Source: Octopus bimaculoides
Lineage: Eukaryota
Reading direction: 5' to 3'
DNA: 64,000 bases
NCBI RefSeq assembly: GCF_001194135.2
Contig: NC_069002.1
Location: 3,915,284-3,979,283 of the forward strand
Shown here: piece by piece, positions 12,385-25,366 of the stretch
Layout of the letters: every line of letters starts with the position of its first letter
How positions within the stretch are numbered: position 1 is the first letter of the stretch
Made by a program: the position numbers and the translations under genes
The notes under the pieces: model-generated
Told to the model about the DNA's origin: nothing
The model's input: only the letters and a program-made list of their open reading frames with translations
Database searches by the model: none

Positions 12385-15300
12385 ACACATAACGGACTTC
12401 TTTCAGTTTCCGTCTACCAAATCCACTCACAAGGCTTATGTTGGCCTGAATATTTGAGTAGAATCATGAGCCCAACACATTAACCACTAAGCCATGTGCC
12501 TCCACTGAGAGTGACATTGTAATTTATTAATCGAACGCAACATAGATATTTTCCCTCTCGTACACATCAGGAGAAATATGCTCCCACAGAGAAACAGAGA
12601 GAGAAAATGAGAGAAACATAAAAAGGTTTTATGTCAGTTTAAGTCAGTGTCAAATCAGCGATGCCAAAACTGCTGTGCCAAAACTTCTCATAACTTCTAG
12701 TGACCTGTCTGAGCACATGAACACATTTTATGGGTGATCTTACTCCTATACAATTATTACATATGAAGATTTCTTTCTCCATCAAATTGCTTTCTACCTT
12801 AAGTAAATATAACTACAATATGTCTCTTGCAGCCCAGACTAAGCAAAACCATCAAAGCAAGCAGTTTTGTGGCAGAAGAGAAAGAATTGGTCTTTGATAT
12901 TGATATGACAGATTACGATGACGTCAGGAGCTGCTGCTCGTAAGATTTTCCTCATTTTTGTTATTATTATTATTATATACATTTTTTTTTTGTCTTTGAT
13001 TATTGGTTTCAGTCATTGGCCATGTTGGGGTACCGCTTTCAAGGCTGTTAGTCAATCATATTGATTCCAGTACTTAGTCTAGCCTGCTGCTTATTCCGTG
13101 TTTCATTTTGACCAAATTTCCCTTTTTTTTTGAGGGAAGTAACTCGATACACCCGTAACATATACAGGAACATGTGGACATTTATACACATACATACACA
13201 CACACTTAATCTTTTTTTTTTCCAATGTTTCAGTGGTGCCCAGATTTGTAAGAGATGTTGGCCCCTAATGATTATAGCTATCAAAATCCTGGACAAAGCA
13301 TTAAGAGGTAAGTGTCTGGTTGTTTTTGTAACTCTTAAGGTTTGTGGATTTGAAACAAAACAGTACATTGTGATGCTGTATGGTGTGGGGGAATGTGTGG
13401 AGACTGAATAAAATGGGGCAAGCATCCTCTGTTCTTAGTGGTTAGAGTGCTAGGCTCAGGATCATGAGATTGTGGTTTCAATTTCTGGACTGAGCAATAC
13501 ATTGTGTTCTTGAGCAAATTACTTCATTTCATGTTGCTCCAGTCCACTTAGCTGGCAAAAAATGAATAATCCTGTACTGGGCCGGCATCCCATCCAGACG
13601 GGAAACATGTGCCAAGGAAAACAGGAAACTGGCAACTTAGTTTTTTTAAATTTTTTTTTTTTAGCTACACCAGACTCCAATCTGATCTGGCAGAGTTTCT
13701 ACAGCTGGATGCCCTTCCTAACACCAACTACTAAGAGAGTGTACTGGGTGCTTTTACGTGTCACCCGCACGAAGGCCAGTCAGGAGGTACTGGCAACAGC
13801 CACACTTGAAATGGTGTAAAATTTGTTTCAAACTTATTTCATTCTTTAAATTATGTGTATTTGTCTTTTCTCAGATGATTTCGGTTTTGACCATTTGCTG
13901 TGGGTCTATTCTGGGCGCCGAGGTGTTCACTGTTGGGTGTGTGACAGTACAGCACGCAAACTCGGCCCAAGTGGCAGAGCTGCTATTGCAGAATATCTAA
14001 GTATTGTCAAGGTTTGTAAATGTTATTTTGAAACTGTTGTTGTTGATTGGGACCCCGGGACCCCAAGTCATAAGCCTGGTCCAGCAGCCTTTATTAATTA
14101 ACCCTTTAGCATTTAGATTAGTTTGTCAAATGTAAAGGGTAAAAGACCCCCTGGTAGAGAGGAGCTGAAGGAAGCCTGCCATGTGCATAGATGTGTGTGT
14201 CTGTGTTTGTCCAATCACCACTGCTTGACAACTAGTGTTCGTATGCTTACGCCCCCAAAAGGAGACCCCTATAGAATGGGTACAAGGCTTTAAAAAATAA
14301 GTACTGTTGATGATTTGATCAACTACAAATTCTTTAGTAAAAAAATTAAAGATCACATGAATACAAAAATGTATTCCTTAATAGAAAAAAATAGTACAAA
14401 CAAAATATTACTTTGAATTCTAATTTCAAACATTTTATTTTTTTTATTTTTCCTTCAGTTTTGACTGTTTAACATATCAATCATTAGAAGGAGAAAAAAT
14501 TACATGTTAGATTTAACTGCTAATCTCTTGGTGGATGCCTGTTAATTCAAAGTTTATTTCAGAGATTTATGGCATACGCTAACTCTTTTAACTGCATGAT
14601 TAAATTTCATGGTTATTCCTGCGATGATATTAATGATCCACCACAAAACAGAATTTATATTTTCTGCTTCTGAAGTACTTTTTCAATACGATTTTTATAT
14701 CCGCCACTAATTTATTTGATTCTTGCTCTGTAAAGAGAAATTTGATGACGCATGTGAAAAAAAAAAAGTTTAAGAAAATCCGAAAAGGTTTTTTTCCAAA
14801 TCCGTGTATTAAAACCATTTGCCGCAGTTAACACTAATAAAATTTTGAGCGGGGATATCCACTCCGTGTTCAAACGATTAATGTCCCAAGACCAGGGGAC
14901 ATAATTACTCTATAGGTCGTGTGATTATCAGTTTTCATCATGAAGACTGAAGTAGTTCATCAGTCTAGTGAATTAGCTCCCCTCTAGTGTTAACTGTCTG
15001 AAATATAACCTCTGTCTTTGGAGGCGATGTTAACGAAATAGAAGAAACTCAATACGGAAGGGCTGATAGTTTTGTATATGGAACATGTTGAAAATAATCT
15101 GCAGCATTTTGTAATAGTATTATAGTCAAGACTAGTTGTTTTATATCTTACTTTGATTGTGGCCTTATTTCTGAACTAACGTGTGTGTGTGTGTGTATAT
15201 TATACATGTATGCATAATACAAACACACACACACACATATATGTATGTATATCTTGTGATGTGGTGCACATCCAAGGTATTCGTTCAATGTAGATACAGT

Positions 15301-17018
15301 GTGGTTCAACAAAGATGGATGAATAAAACAAGTCCTTGGATTAACTCTGTGTGTGTGTGTGTGTGTGTATACATATGTGCAATATTTACCATGTAAGAAT
15401 TTTTATGCAATACATTAAAAGAATTCAAGTGTGGAAAGGAAAGTAGATATATTTTTTAGTGATTGATTTTTAAGTACAAGAAGGTGAGGGAGTCAACTTA
15501 AATTTGAGATGGCATTTTGTACTTGAGTGAATGTGGTGTATTTAAGAGAGGGTGCAGAAAAGTTCCTGGCTTTAAGGGTATTGCAAAAGCCCCAGTTGGA
15601 GACCCAACCTTCCAAGTTCTTTTACAGGGTTCAGAAAAACTGAAGAACCACTACAATAAGTGTGTGGATCCTAGAGGGGAATATGTTGTATAAAATCATA
15701 ATTAACTGATCCTCCTGTAATTTTCTTTTACCCAGAGCCAGGAAGTTTCCAGCATCCCCTCATATATGTGTGTGTGTGTGATAATAACATGTAGATAAAT
15801 GTGCATGTACACACCATGTGGTATTTTTCTTTCTTAATCTTATTCCTAGGGTGGTGAAAACAATGTGAAGAAAGTAGTTTTGCAGGAGCCAATCCATCCA
15901 TTCATTGAGTGAGTAAAAGTTCTGTCTTCTTTTATTGTTTGTTCAGTATAATGATTCCCATTGCTAGGACATGCAAATAGACAGAGTGGTGCCAGAACCT
16001 GTTGAAGATTTGGTAGGTGGAAACTGAAAGCAGCCCATTTTATATGTATATGTATGTACATATGTTGTGTGAGTGTGTTTGTGTCTCTCCTTGTCATGAC
16101 AGTGTGTGATAGTTGTAAATGAGAGTCACTGTCATACAAGCAGTGTCATTCATTTCCAGTATTCTGTGAAAACATGTCTGGCCATGGGGAGACACTACCT
16201 TGGTTGGAAACAGGTGAGGGTTGACTACAGGGAGGTGCATCTGGCTGTAGAAAATCTGCCCAAGTAAATTCCATCTTAGCCATACATGCTTAGAAAATTA
16301 AACACTAAAAATGATAATATCCACGCAGTAGGACTGAACTCTTACCACACAGCCATGCCTGCACCTATATACATACAATGGGCTTCTTTCAGTTTCCATC
16401 TCCCACATTTACTCACAAGACTTTTGTCAGCCAAAGACTATTGTCGAAGACACTTGCTCAAGGTACTACAGTGAGACTCAACCTGAAAGCCCACATCACA
16501 GACGAAATATAATCACAAAACGCTTAACCGAACCAAGAAAAGGTTCTTTAATTAAAAAAAAAAAACTGGGTGTTTGTTGTTTTGTTTTTTTTCCTTTCCT
16601 GTGTGTTTTTTGGTCTCGTTTCCAAAATATGTTCACTCAGAAATTATCTTTCATCTAGTTTGCATTTTGTTTCTTTACAGGAGATCAATTGAAATTATTG
16701 AAGAATTCTTTGAAGGTTATGCCCTTGTTGATCAGGATATTTTGCGCAGTGAAAACATTAGTAAAATTATCGATTTGATTCCAGAAAGAAATATCCTTTT
16801 TTATTTCTTTTTTTTTTTTCATCTTCATCGTTTAATGCAGTAGTTGAACAAATCGTCACCAGTGCTTTTTTTTTTTTTTTTTTTAGCCTGGTACTTATTC
16901 TATCAATCTCTTTTTGCTGAACCACCAAGTTATGGGACATACACCAACACTGGTTGTCATGGGTAGGGTGCAGTGAAACAAATACACACACACATGCACA
17001 AATATATATATACATACA

Positions 17019-17053
<35 letters not shown>

Positions 17054-20000
17054 NNNNNNNNNNNNNNNNNNNNNNNNNNNNNNNNNNNNNNNNNNNNNNN
17101 NNNNNNNNNNNNNNNNNNNNNNNNNNNNNNNNNNNNNNNNNNNNNNNNNNNNNNNNNNNNNNNNNNNNNNNNNNNNNNNNNNNNNNNNNNNNNNNNNNNN
17201 NNNNNNNNNNNNNNNNNNNNNNNNNNNNNNNNNNNNNNNNNNNNGAGATGGTCTCAGAGAAAGAATGAACTCCTCCTCATCCTGTTGATCTATGATTGAA
17301 GAATGGGTGACTGGGAAGCAAGCTTCTTAAACACTCACCCACCCCTGCACTCACCCACCCCTTTTGTTTCGTTACTGTTTCTGCACCTCTTTGACTTGTC
17401 TACGTTAATTCTCTTTAATGAGTCACATAGAAATGATAATCTCCAGAAAATCCTGTTGTCTGCAAACAATTCCATATCCAGGTGGAATCTCCTGACAAAA
17501 GAACTGGAAAGGCCAGTAAGTAGCAGTACCATTTCTTATGTATAAATTAAGTACCAGTTGCATACTGGGGTCAGTCTAATCAACTGGCCCTCTTTTCCCC
17601 CAAATTTCAGTCCTTGTGCCTATAATAGAAAGTATTATTAGTATTAGTATTAATTTATATATGCACCTACACAATGGGCTTCATTTAGTTTCCATCCAGA
17701 CTAACAAGGCATTTGTCAGCCCAGAGTAATACCAGAAAGTGCTGCTTAGTGAAACTGTTCCTAAAACAGCATGTTTGTGAAACAAACCCCTTAAACACTG
17801 ATATACAAATGCGCGTGTGTGTGTTTTTCATATTAGGTTTATGTTCTTTCAGGGTGTCCATGCCGGTCGGGTGTTGAAAGAGATTATGCTGCAATATTGT
17901 TATCCTCGTCTTGATGTCAACGTCAGTAGAGGTGTGAACCATTTGTTAAAGTCACCGTTCAGCGTCCACCCAAAGACAGGTATGTTTGTTCTGTATATGA
18001 ATTGCAAGGGAGGAACAGGAAATTTCTCACTTAGATTAATCTCTTTGACTGTTTATCAGAACCAGAAAATAATTCTTGTCCCTCCAAGACAAGGTAATTT
18101 TAGAAAACATAATCATTCTAATGCTCATGGTCTGATCTGTCAAGTATCATCATCATCTGTTTCACATTTTTCTCATTGCTAGTGTATATATATAAATACA
18201 GGGTGGCCCCAAAAACAGGTTTACAATTATCACGTAGGCATTTTAAATGTCTTTTAAAACATTTTATAACACTTACAAAATTAACTAAATTAGCATAGAA
18301 TAATGGTTTCATATTTTATGATTAAGATCTAAACTGTTAATGCAAAAGAGATATTTGAATATCTATAAACCTATTTTTGGGCCACCCTGTATATAATACA
18401 ACAAGCTTCCTACAGTTTCTGTTCATGATTTCCACTCAGAAAATAATGATCAACTCAAGGCTACAATAGAAGACACTTCCTCTTAGTGACATGTTGTGGA
18501 AACAAACTCAAAACCACATAACCATGAGATAGGCAGTACAGCAAAGCTTTTTGTCTCAGTTCAGATCCCTGTGCGGCCAACTTTTGAAGTCTTCTTTGAA
18601 CTGTCAGATGTCAGTTTACCTGGAAAAATACAATGCAGGTATTAACAAGGAGAGTTAAAATTAGTTCATGCAAGATTTCACAGCTCTAGCATCACTTCTT
18701 CATGGTCAGCCTATGAACTTTTCAGCCCACCTTCGTACAGCTTCGTCTGCTTCAAGATTCAGCGTTCCAAAAAAAGAAATTACTAAGCAAAATAAAAATA
18801 TATGGCTTATGTTTATCTGCAGGTCGAGTTTGTGTCCCAATAGATCAAACAGATGTGGAAAACTTTGATCCGTTTGCAGTTCCAACCATCTCGTAAGTAA
18901 AAGATACATACACTAATCTTCTCCTTTCCAAATTTAAGACCTGTTCTCTCTTCTTCCCTCATGCAGTCACTGCCTGTCCTACTCAATACAGATAATTCCG
19001 ATTGACAAAATATCAAATTGTCTAAGTTTGTCTTCCTTTTCTCTAGCCAACTGATTGATGAAATAAACACAACTTCTGAGAATGAAGAAAATTTGAAGAT
19101 CAAAGGTGAGTCTTCACTTTCTCTTTCTCTCTCTCTCTCTGCTGTGGAATTTCACAAATATAATTCTTGCATTTCTCTTGAATCCTCTTCTTCGACTCAA
19201 TTTTCTGTTTTTAGATTATAAGAGAACTTCTTTGAAGGAAGGTGTGGAGATATTTGAAAATTTCTTGAAACAACTGAAGAAAACTTGGGAAGGTGCTATG
19301 ATCAAAGAGAGTGGTATGTCTTATTTTACAAAATTTTTCCTTAGAATGTGTGTGTTTGATTATTGATAGGTGCAAGACCTGACTGTGGTTAAAATGCTTG
19401 CTTCCCAACCATGTGGTCTTAGGTTCAGTTCCCGCTCTATCTCTCTCTCTCCTCTGGACCACTTTTTTCTCACTCATCACCTCCTCTCGCTTTGTCCACC
19501 TCAGCTATTGCCCATCACTCTCTTCTTGTCTCTGTCCCCTAATAACTGTCCTTACCATCCGACTCTTGCTCTTTTCACCTACCCACTCCAGCCTTCTGCT
19601 GTTCCTTTTCTCAATCACTTTACCCAAACAAAAGTATGCATCTCAGGTTGCCGACTACTCTCTCTGCTTACTGTTGTAAAAGGCTCTTCCCTCATCATGT
19701 CCCAGTGCCATGATGGAAAGCCTCCCTTCTCCGTGCACCAGCTAAAGTGATTGCAAGTGAGCAAAGGTGAAGTAGGGTTGAGCAATCTCTTAGTCCTCCC
19801 TCATTGAGGATTTGATAACCTCTCTTGTGTGGGTGCCAAGTGAAAATTCATTCACTACACAATGTGAAGTGGATGGTAAAAGAAGGGAGAAAACATGGGG
19901 TTGTGAGATCTTTTTAGTCCTGTGTCACCAAGGCCTTATCAATTTCTCTAACACAAAGTTATTATCAGTTCAAATATGCTTGGAGTACCTGCAACAAAGC

Positions 20001-20119
20001 CATTTAGCATGTTTTGTCATGGAGAAAATTATACACACCATCAGATTATTGGACTAGTTAAATTTTCTTTTTCTTTTCTTTTATTTTTTCTTCTTTCAGA
20101 TCTAAGAATGGAGCTGTAA
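10753..20119 (+). CDS. PRIM1: DNA primase small (catalytic) subunit, multi-exon
   Basis: Exons: 10753-10864, [exon 2 not visible, probably in N-gap 11686-12337], 12833-12939, 13234-13307, 13875-14011, 15850-15908, 16681-16790, 17427-17515, 17853-17979, 18823-18892, 19047-19105, 19215-19313, 20100-20119 (TAA). The translation has the primase motifs [77 protein letters not shown] and DYKRTSL. Phases are consistent from exon 3 to the stop. Splice sites are GT-AG except one AT-AC intron. Confidence 0.96.
11686..12337. other. Assembly gap (652 N) between (TA)n tracts
   Basis: N run. Other gaps: 4250-4328, 9225-9274, 17054-17244, 22733-22945, 29856-29865, 33005-33014, 52042-52750. Confidence 1.
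15545..15762. mobile_element. Mariner-derived non-autonomous element in PRIM1 intron
   Basis: TIRs GAGGGTGCAGAAAAGTTCCTGGCT / AGCCAGGAAGTTTCCAGCATCCCCTC. The internal remnant [12 protein letters not shown] (15655-15693) resembles the mariner transposase C-terminus KC...GDYVE. Confidence 0.7.
16791..17426 (+). other. U12-type (minor spliceosome) AT-AC intron in PRIM1
   Basis: The 5' end ATATCCTTTT (16791-16800) matches the U12 AT-AC donor consensus. A branch-like TTCTCTTTAAT lies at 17409-17419, followed by terminal AC at 17425-17426. This join restores the frame (PERN|RNDNLQK). Confidence 0.88.
18199..18389. mobile_element. MITE with CAGGGTG termini and TA flanks (Tc1/mariner-type) in PRIM1 intron
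   Basis: TA|CAGGGTGGCCCCAAAAA ... TTTTTGGGCCACCCTG|TA. Confidence 0.8.
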
Positions 20120-20385
20120 TGAAAAAGAAAGAATATTTGCAAAAGGACTGACATTTTGACACGTTACATTTTGGAATTCTTTTTTTAAGTTTTATCATGG
20201 CATTCAAGTTCAAATCCCACCAGGCTTGACTTTGCCTTTCATCCTTTTGCGTGTTGATAAAATAAATACTAATTGAACACTGGGTTCAATGTAATCAACA
20301 TACCCCTTCCTGCTAAATTTTCCTGGCCCTATGCAAAATTTGAAATCATTATTGTATATATTATTTAGCATCTTTCATGAAATGA

Positions 20386-20391
20386 AATAAA
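20386..20391 (+). terminator. Candidate PRIM1 polyadenylation signal
   Basis: AATAAA about 270 nt after the stop codon, followed by T/GT-rich sequence. Confidence 0.5.
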
Positions 20392-20857
20392 AGTATTGTA
20401 TTTATGTTTCTGCCTAAGTTTTTCATTGTGTGCAACAAATTTTTTTTACTTGTTGGTATCATTAGATTGTGGCCATGCTGGGGCACCACCTTGAATTTTA
20501 GCCAAATGAATCTACCCTGGTACTTACTTTTTTAAATCTGGTACTTATACTATTGGTCTCTTTTTACCAAAAAGACAGCTCAGAATCAAGAAAGTCATCA
20601 ATGGTTTATGTTCCATAGAGAACAAAAGGGCTTAAGATGACATTGTCCAATGTGTCCATTCCTTTTTTCAGGATAATAGGGTGCGATTTGAGAAAATTTA
20701 GTTGCTATTTCTAGCAAGTTGAATGACTATCTAGTTGACTCATCTGACCTATATTTCCCGGAAGAGATTATTTAAAAATCCAAATATAATTTTAGAGTAA
20801 CGCTACTTACAAATTCTTATATATCAGATATTTTAATACCACCGCTAAGGGAATGGA

Positions 20858-20998
20858 TTAACCTTTTGGTATATAATCTGGCCATATCCAGCCTAAAAAT
20901 TCTACCTGTTTTTATGCTCAAACTGACCATATCCAGCCTTTCACACCTACACTACAATGTCATTCTAAAACTATACAATCTGAATACTAAAGAGTTAA
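20858..20998. mobile_element. TTAA-flanked MITE (piggyBac-like ends), internally deleted copy
   Basis: TTAA at both ends around degenerate CCCTTTAGCATT / AATGCTAAAGGG termini. The family also occurs at about 1664-1880, 9852-10030, 14098-14135, 34820-34944, 35815-36015, 40034-40190, 46300-46530, 50228-50400 and 55880-56000. Confidence 0.65.
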
Positions 20999-21602
20999 CA
21001 CTGAGCATTTACAAATGGCTTTGAGCTCAAATCTTACAGGATCTTCAACAAATTACCAAGTAGGTCTGTTAGTCACTTTAATGTTAAAATGTTCCTTTCG
21101 TAAATTACTTCCATTTAGGTGCAAGCATGGCTGTGTGGTTAAGAAGCCCACTTTTGCAACCACATTGTTTTGGATTCAATCCTACTGCAATGTACCGTGA
21201 GCAAATGTCTTCTACTATAGCCTTGGGCCAACCAATGTCTTGTAAATGAATTTGGCTGTCAGAAACTGTGCAGAAGCCTATTGTACACATATATATATAT
21301 ATATATGTATGTATGTATGTATGTATACAAGGGGATACCAAAAAGTAACCGGAAGCATTCTCTGTGGGACAAGCCCATTGTAGTTCAGGCTTCTGCCACT
21401 TGATGTGACCCTCAAGCATCAGTCTGCTGACCAAAGGTGTTGGCTGAAGTTTTACTGCCATGTAATGTGTGTGTCTGTCTGTCCCCCCACCATCAATTGA
21501 CAACCGATGTTAGTGTGTTTACATCCCCGTAACTTAGCAGTTCGGCAAAAGGGACCGATTGAATATGGCAGGTTTAAATGATAAAGGATTAAGAGTTCAC
21601 AG

Positions 21603-21731
21603 CTCTGGTATTATGGACATGTCACTTGAAGGCTGCAGGAAAGGGTCACAAGACAGATTCTTCAAGGCATAATGCCATCTGGCAGGAGACCTAGTGGTAG
21701 ATTAAGTGTGAGATGGTTAAATGATATCCTT
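21603..21731 (+). mobile_element. Decayed non-LTR retrotransposon (LINE) ORF2 C-terminal fragment
   Basis: Translation LWYYGHVT*RLQERVTRQILQGIMPSGRRPSGRLSVRWLNDIL matches the W/Y-x-GHV...G-x-R-x-x-GRP...RW-x-D C-terminal signature of RTE/L2-like LINEs. Confidence 0.7.
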
Positions 21732-22487
21732 AGCATCAGTTAGTCATGCTTAGGTATCTAGCAGAAAGCTGAAATGATGACTGCTTCTGGTATGACCTTA
21801 TGGAGGAGGCACCTGAGATGGTTACCCACCCAACAACTTTCCCAGGAATAGTGGGCAGCAAAAATGAATAGATAGATGGATTTAGTGAAGATGCTGACCT
21901 TGCTATGAATATTGACTTATTGTAGAAACAGAATTGGCTAGTGTCGAATGTGCATCAGTACACAGAACCTCTTGAACAGGAATAATACAGCTTATGAAAA
22001 CACAAGACAGTATTGAAGATGAAGATGATATAAAAATAGTTCTGTTTTTTAAAAAAGTACTAAAATTCACAAATATTGTGTCCTTGTAATTTTTTTTGTT
22101 TTGAATACATTGTAGCTGTTGGCTCGGCTTAGAGCTATTTAACGTGGTATTATAGTAAGATTGATGATAGATATTCAAAGGTCATGTCTGTTGTTGTTTT
22201 TAAGCTTCAGCTGTATTGATGTCATTTAGCTGTAGGTCAGCCCTGAACGAACCAATCTATGATTAATTCTATTCCAACCATGACTATCCTATCTATTATT
22301 CAAATATGGTATATCCCTGGACTATAAAACTATTGGTCACCCCTTTGGGCCACAAAAATAAAGCCACTGTGAATGTTGGATATGAAACCAATACGTCCTA
22401 GGGTTCTGCAAAAGGTTCCTAGGGGTTTCGCAAGAAAGAGTGAGATAAGCTAATACTGATTTCATGATCATTATATATATATATATA

Positions 22488-22693
22488 GGCGCAGGAGTGG
22501 CTGTGTGGTAAGTAGCTTGCTTACCAACTACATGGTTCTGCGTGACACTTTGGGCAAGTGTCTTCTACTATAGCCTCGGGCCGACCAAGCCTTGTGAGTG
22601 GATTTGGTAGACGGAAACTGAAAGAAGCCCATCGTATATATGTATATATATATATGTATGTATGTGTATATATACACCCATATATATATATAT

Positions 22694-22732
<39 letters not shown>

Positions 22733-22945
22733 NNNNNNNNNNNNNNNNNNNNNNNNNNNNNNNNNNNNNNNNNNNNNNNNNNNNNNNNNNNNNNNNNNNN
22801 NNNNNNNNNNNNNNNNNNNNNNNNNNNNNNNNNNNNNNNNNNNNNNNNNNNNNNNNNNNNNNNNNNNNNNNNNNNNNNNNNNNNNNNNNNNNNNNNNNNN
22901 NNNNNNNNNNNNNNNNNNNNNNNNNNNNNNNNNNNNNNNNNNNNN

Positions 22946-22986
<41 letters not shown>

Positions 22987-23130
22987 TATATATATATGTA
23001 TATACGACGGACTTCTTTCAGTTTCCGTCTACCAGATCCACTCACAAGGTTTTGGTCATCCCGAGGCTATAGTAGAAGACACTTGCCCAAGGTGCCACGC
23101 AGTGGGACTGAACCAAGAACCATGTGGTTC
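22488..23130. mobile_element. Two family-A SINE halves in inverted orientation around a (TA)n tract and N-gap
   Basis: A + copy at 22488-22633 and a - copy at 23005-23130 flank (TA)n and gap 22733-22945. Confidence 0.75.
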
Positions 23131-23776
23131 GAAAGAAGCCCATCACATATGTGTGTGTGTGTTTATTTGTGTTACCTTGTCTTGACGTTGCGTGAGGTCA
23201 TTTGTTTCCAACATTCAGTGAAAACATTTCTAAATATGGGTTGAAATCTAACCTTGCTTGTAAACAGGTGAAGGTAGATAACAGGGAAGTGTACCTGACC
23301 ATAGAAAATCTTCCTCAACGAATTCCATCTTACCCATGCAGGCATAGAAAAGTGGACGTTAAGTGATGATGAAGATGATATATACATAGATAGATGGATT
23401 GATCGCCATCAGTTTCAATGATGAATATTTGAAATCTATGAACTGAATTAGCACGTAAGCGGTTGAGCATCGTTCGCAGCCCTTTTTGTGTACGCCCAAC
23501 GGCTAATTTCCAACCACAACCAGTAAGACACATGAGGCTGGAGGTGATACGTCAATGCTCTACCATGTGTCATTACACCGTGTATTATTACAGTTTAAAT
23601 TATAAATACAATCAGTGCTACAGTATTCTATACACTTCCTATCGACCCAGTTTTACTCCACAAGGTATGATTAGAGAAAATGACATTTGCTTGAGTTGCC
23701 GTGCAGTGCTATCGAAACTAGACACTGTGAAACAAACTTCGTAACTATTCAGCCATACAGCCCGTACCCTCACAAC

Positions 23777-23835
<59 letters not shown>

Positions 23836-23837
<2 letters not shown>

Positions 23838-24080
23838 AAATGGAGAATAAATAGATGTAATTACAGATTTATTTGCATGTTGTAGAAATATGACGTTTTT
23901 TTTTTTAAAAAACATTACAAGTAAATTGGAAGGTGAAAGCTCATAAAAGTTAAGGAAAAAACTTTTTTGAGCTTTCAACTTCCGATTTATTTGTAATGTT
24001 TCTTTTTTTTAAAAAAAAAACGTCATCTTTCTACAACATACAAATAAATCTGTAATTACATCCATCTATTCTCTATTTTC
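23836..24080. repeat. Long imperfect inverted repeat (fold-back), arms about 116-121 bp, 8-nt loop
   Basis: The left arm gaaaatggagaataaatagatgtaattacagatttatttgcatgttgtagaaa...gaaagctcataaaagtt pairs with the right arm aacttttttgagctttc...tttctacaacatacaaataaatctgtaattacatccatctattctctattttc. Confidence 0.9.
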
Positions 24081-25366
24081 TTCTCTTTTTTTCCCTCTCT
24101 ATATTAATAATTTCAATAATCCTAAACATATACAAATGATTTTACAATTATATGATACGGATTGAACCAGTGGAATTCCTTGGATTATATATAATCCCTA
24201 ATGAGGATTTAATTTCCTCGAATTAACTATATATATATACGACAGGCTTCTTTCAGTTTCCGTCTACCAAATCCACTCACAAGGTTTTGGTCAAAACCAT
24301 GTGGTTGGGAAGCAAGCTTCTTACCACAGCGCTAATAATTTACAAGTCCCGCGTCAAACTGTCATCGTTCCTTCAACTTCTAAGGAAGAATGTCGAACTT
24401 TTGTACATAATTCTATGTACTGTACATGCAGCTTTGATGAGTTGTCGTGCATCTGAGCACTATACACAATAATTTCATTATTATTATTATTATTACTTTT
24501 GAGATAAGGCTCTTGTTTCTAGCGAGTTGAGTGACTCTTAAGAGGCATGTGTATGTTGTCTGTGTGCGCGCGCGTGTGTTATATGATTTGTCACCTGTAC
24601 GTTATTGAAACAACTGTGAACGCTGAAATGAATGTTAATACCAACTCCATCCTTCACTTGCCACTCACATATTATATATATTTATAGGGTGAGTGGACAA
24701 ACGAAAGAAAGAGGCACTCAACGCAATTAGTAGGAGTTACATATATTATTTAAAAGTTTGATGCGGCCTAGCCCGATGAAACTTTAAGCCTCCGAAACTT
24801 TAAGCTGCATAGGGCAACTGATTAAAATAATATATATATATATATAATGTGTGACTTAGATTCATATCATTACTGCTTTAGGGGCCTCAGTACTTAATCT
24901 AATCAAGCACATGTTCACGTTGACATTTTATAGACGAAGTTGTAAAACCCACGCTTTCACACACACACACATATATATATATATATGATTTTTCTCAACG
25001 TGGGGAAGCGAGAACGGAAGTTGGAGACGGAAATGAAATAAAAAGTTTTTCTTGTGTTCTTCCTCAATCTTTTACTTTCTACTTATATACATTTGTGAAC
25101 CCACATACATAATACAATATATCGGCTTTTGTATATACATTCATATATATATATATATAGGTCATATATACAGATGTATGTAGTAATATAAACACATGCA
25201 TAACTTAATGTCACGGACCAGTTGTAATTTTTAATTACAGTAAATTAATCATAAGACTTATGTATTGAGTACACCGCACTTCGTTAACCAACTTACCACA
25301 CACACACACACTGAATATCACAATAATGTTCCGTTCCATTTTCTTTTCAATATCAAATCATCGAAA

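Noticed and set aside
11545-12483. Long ORFs of 240-300 aa here and at 51925-52836, 16954-17299 and 22521-23244
   Set aside because: They are open only because they run through N-gaps.
16761-17430. GT-AG alternative for the PRIM1 AT-AC intron
   Set aside because: It removes conserved codons and shifts the frame to a premature stop.
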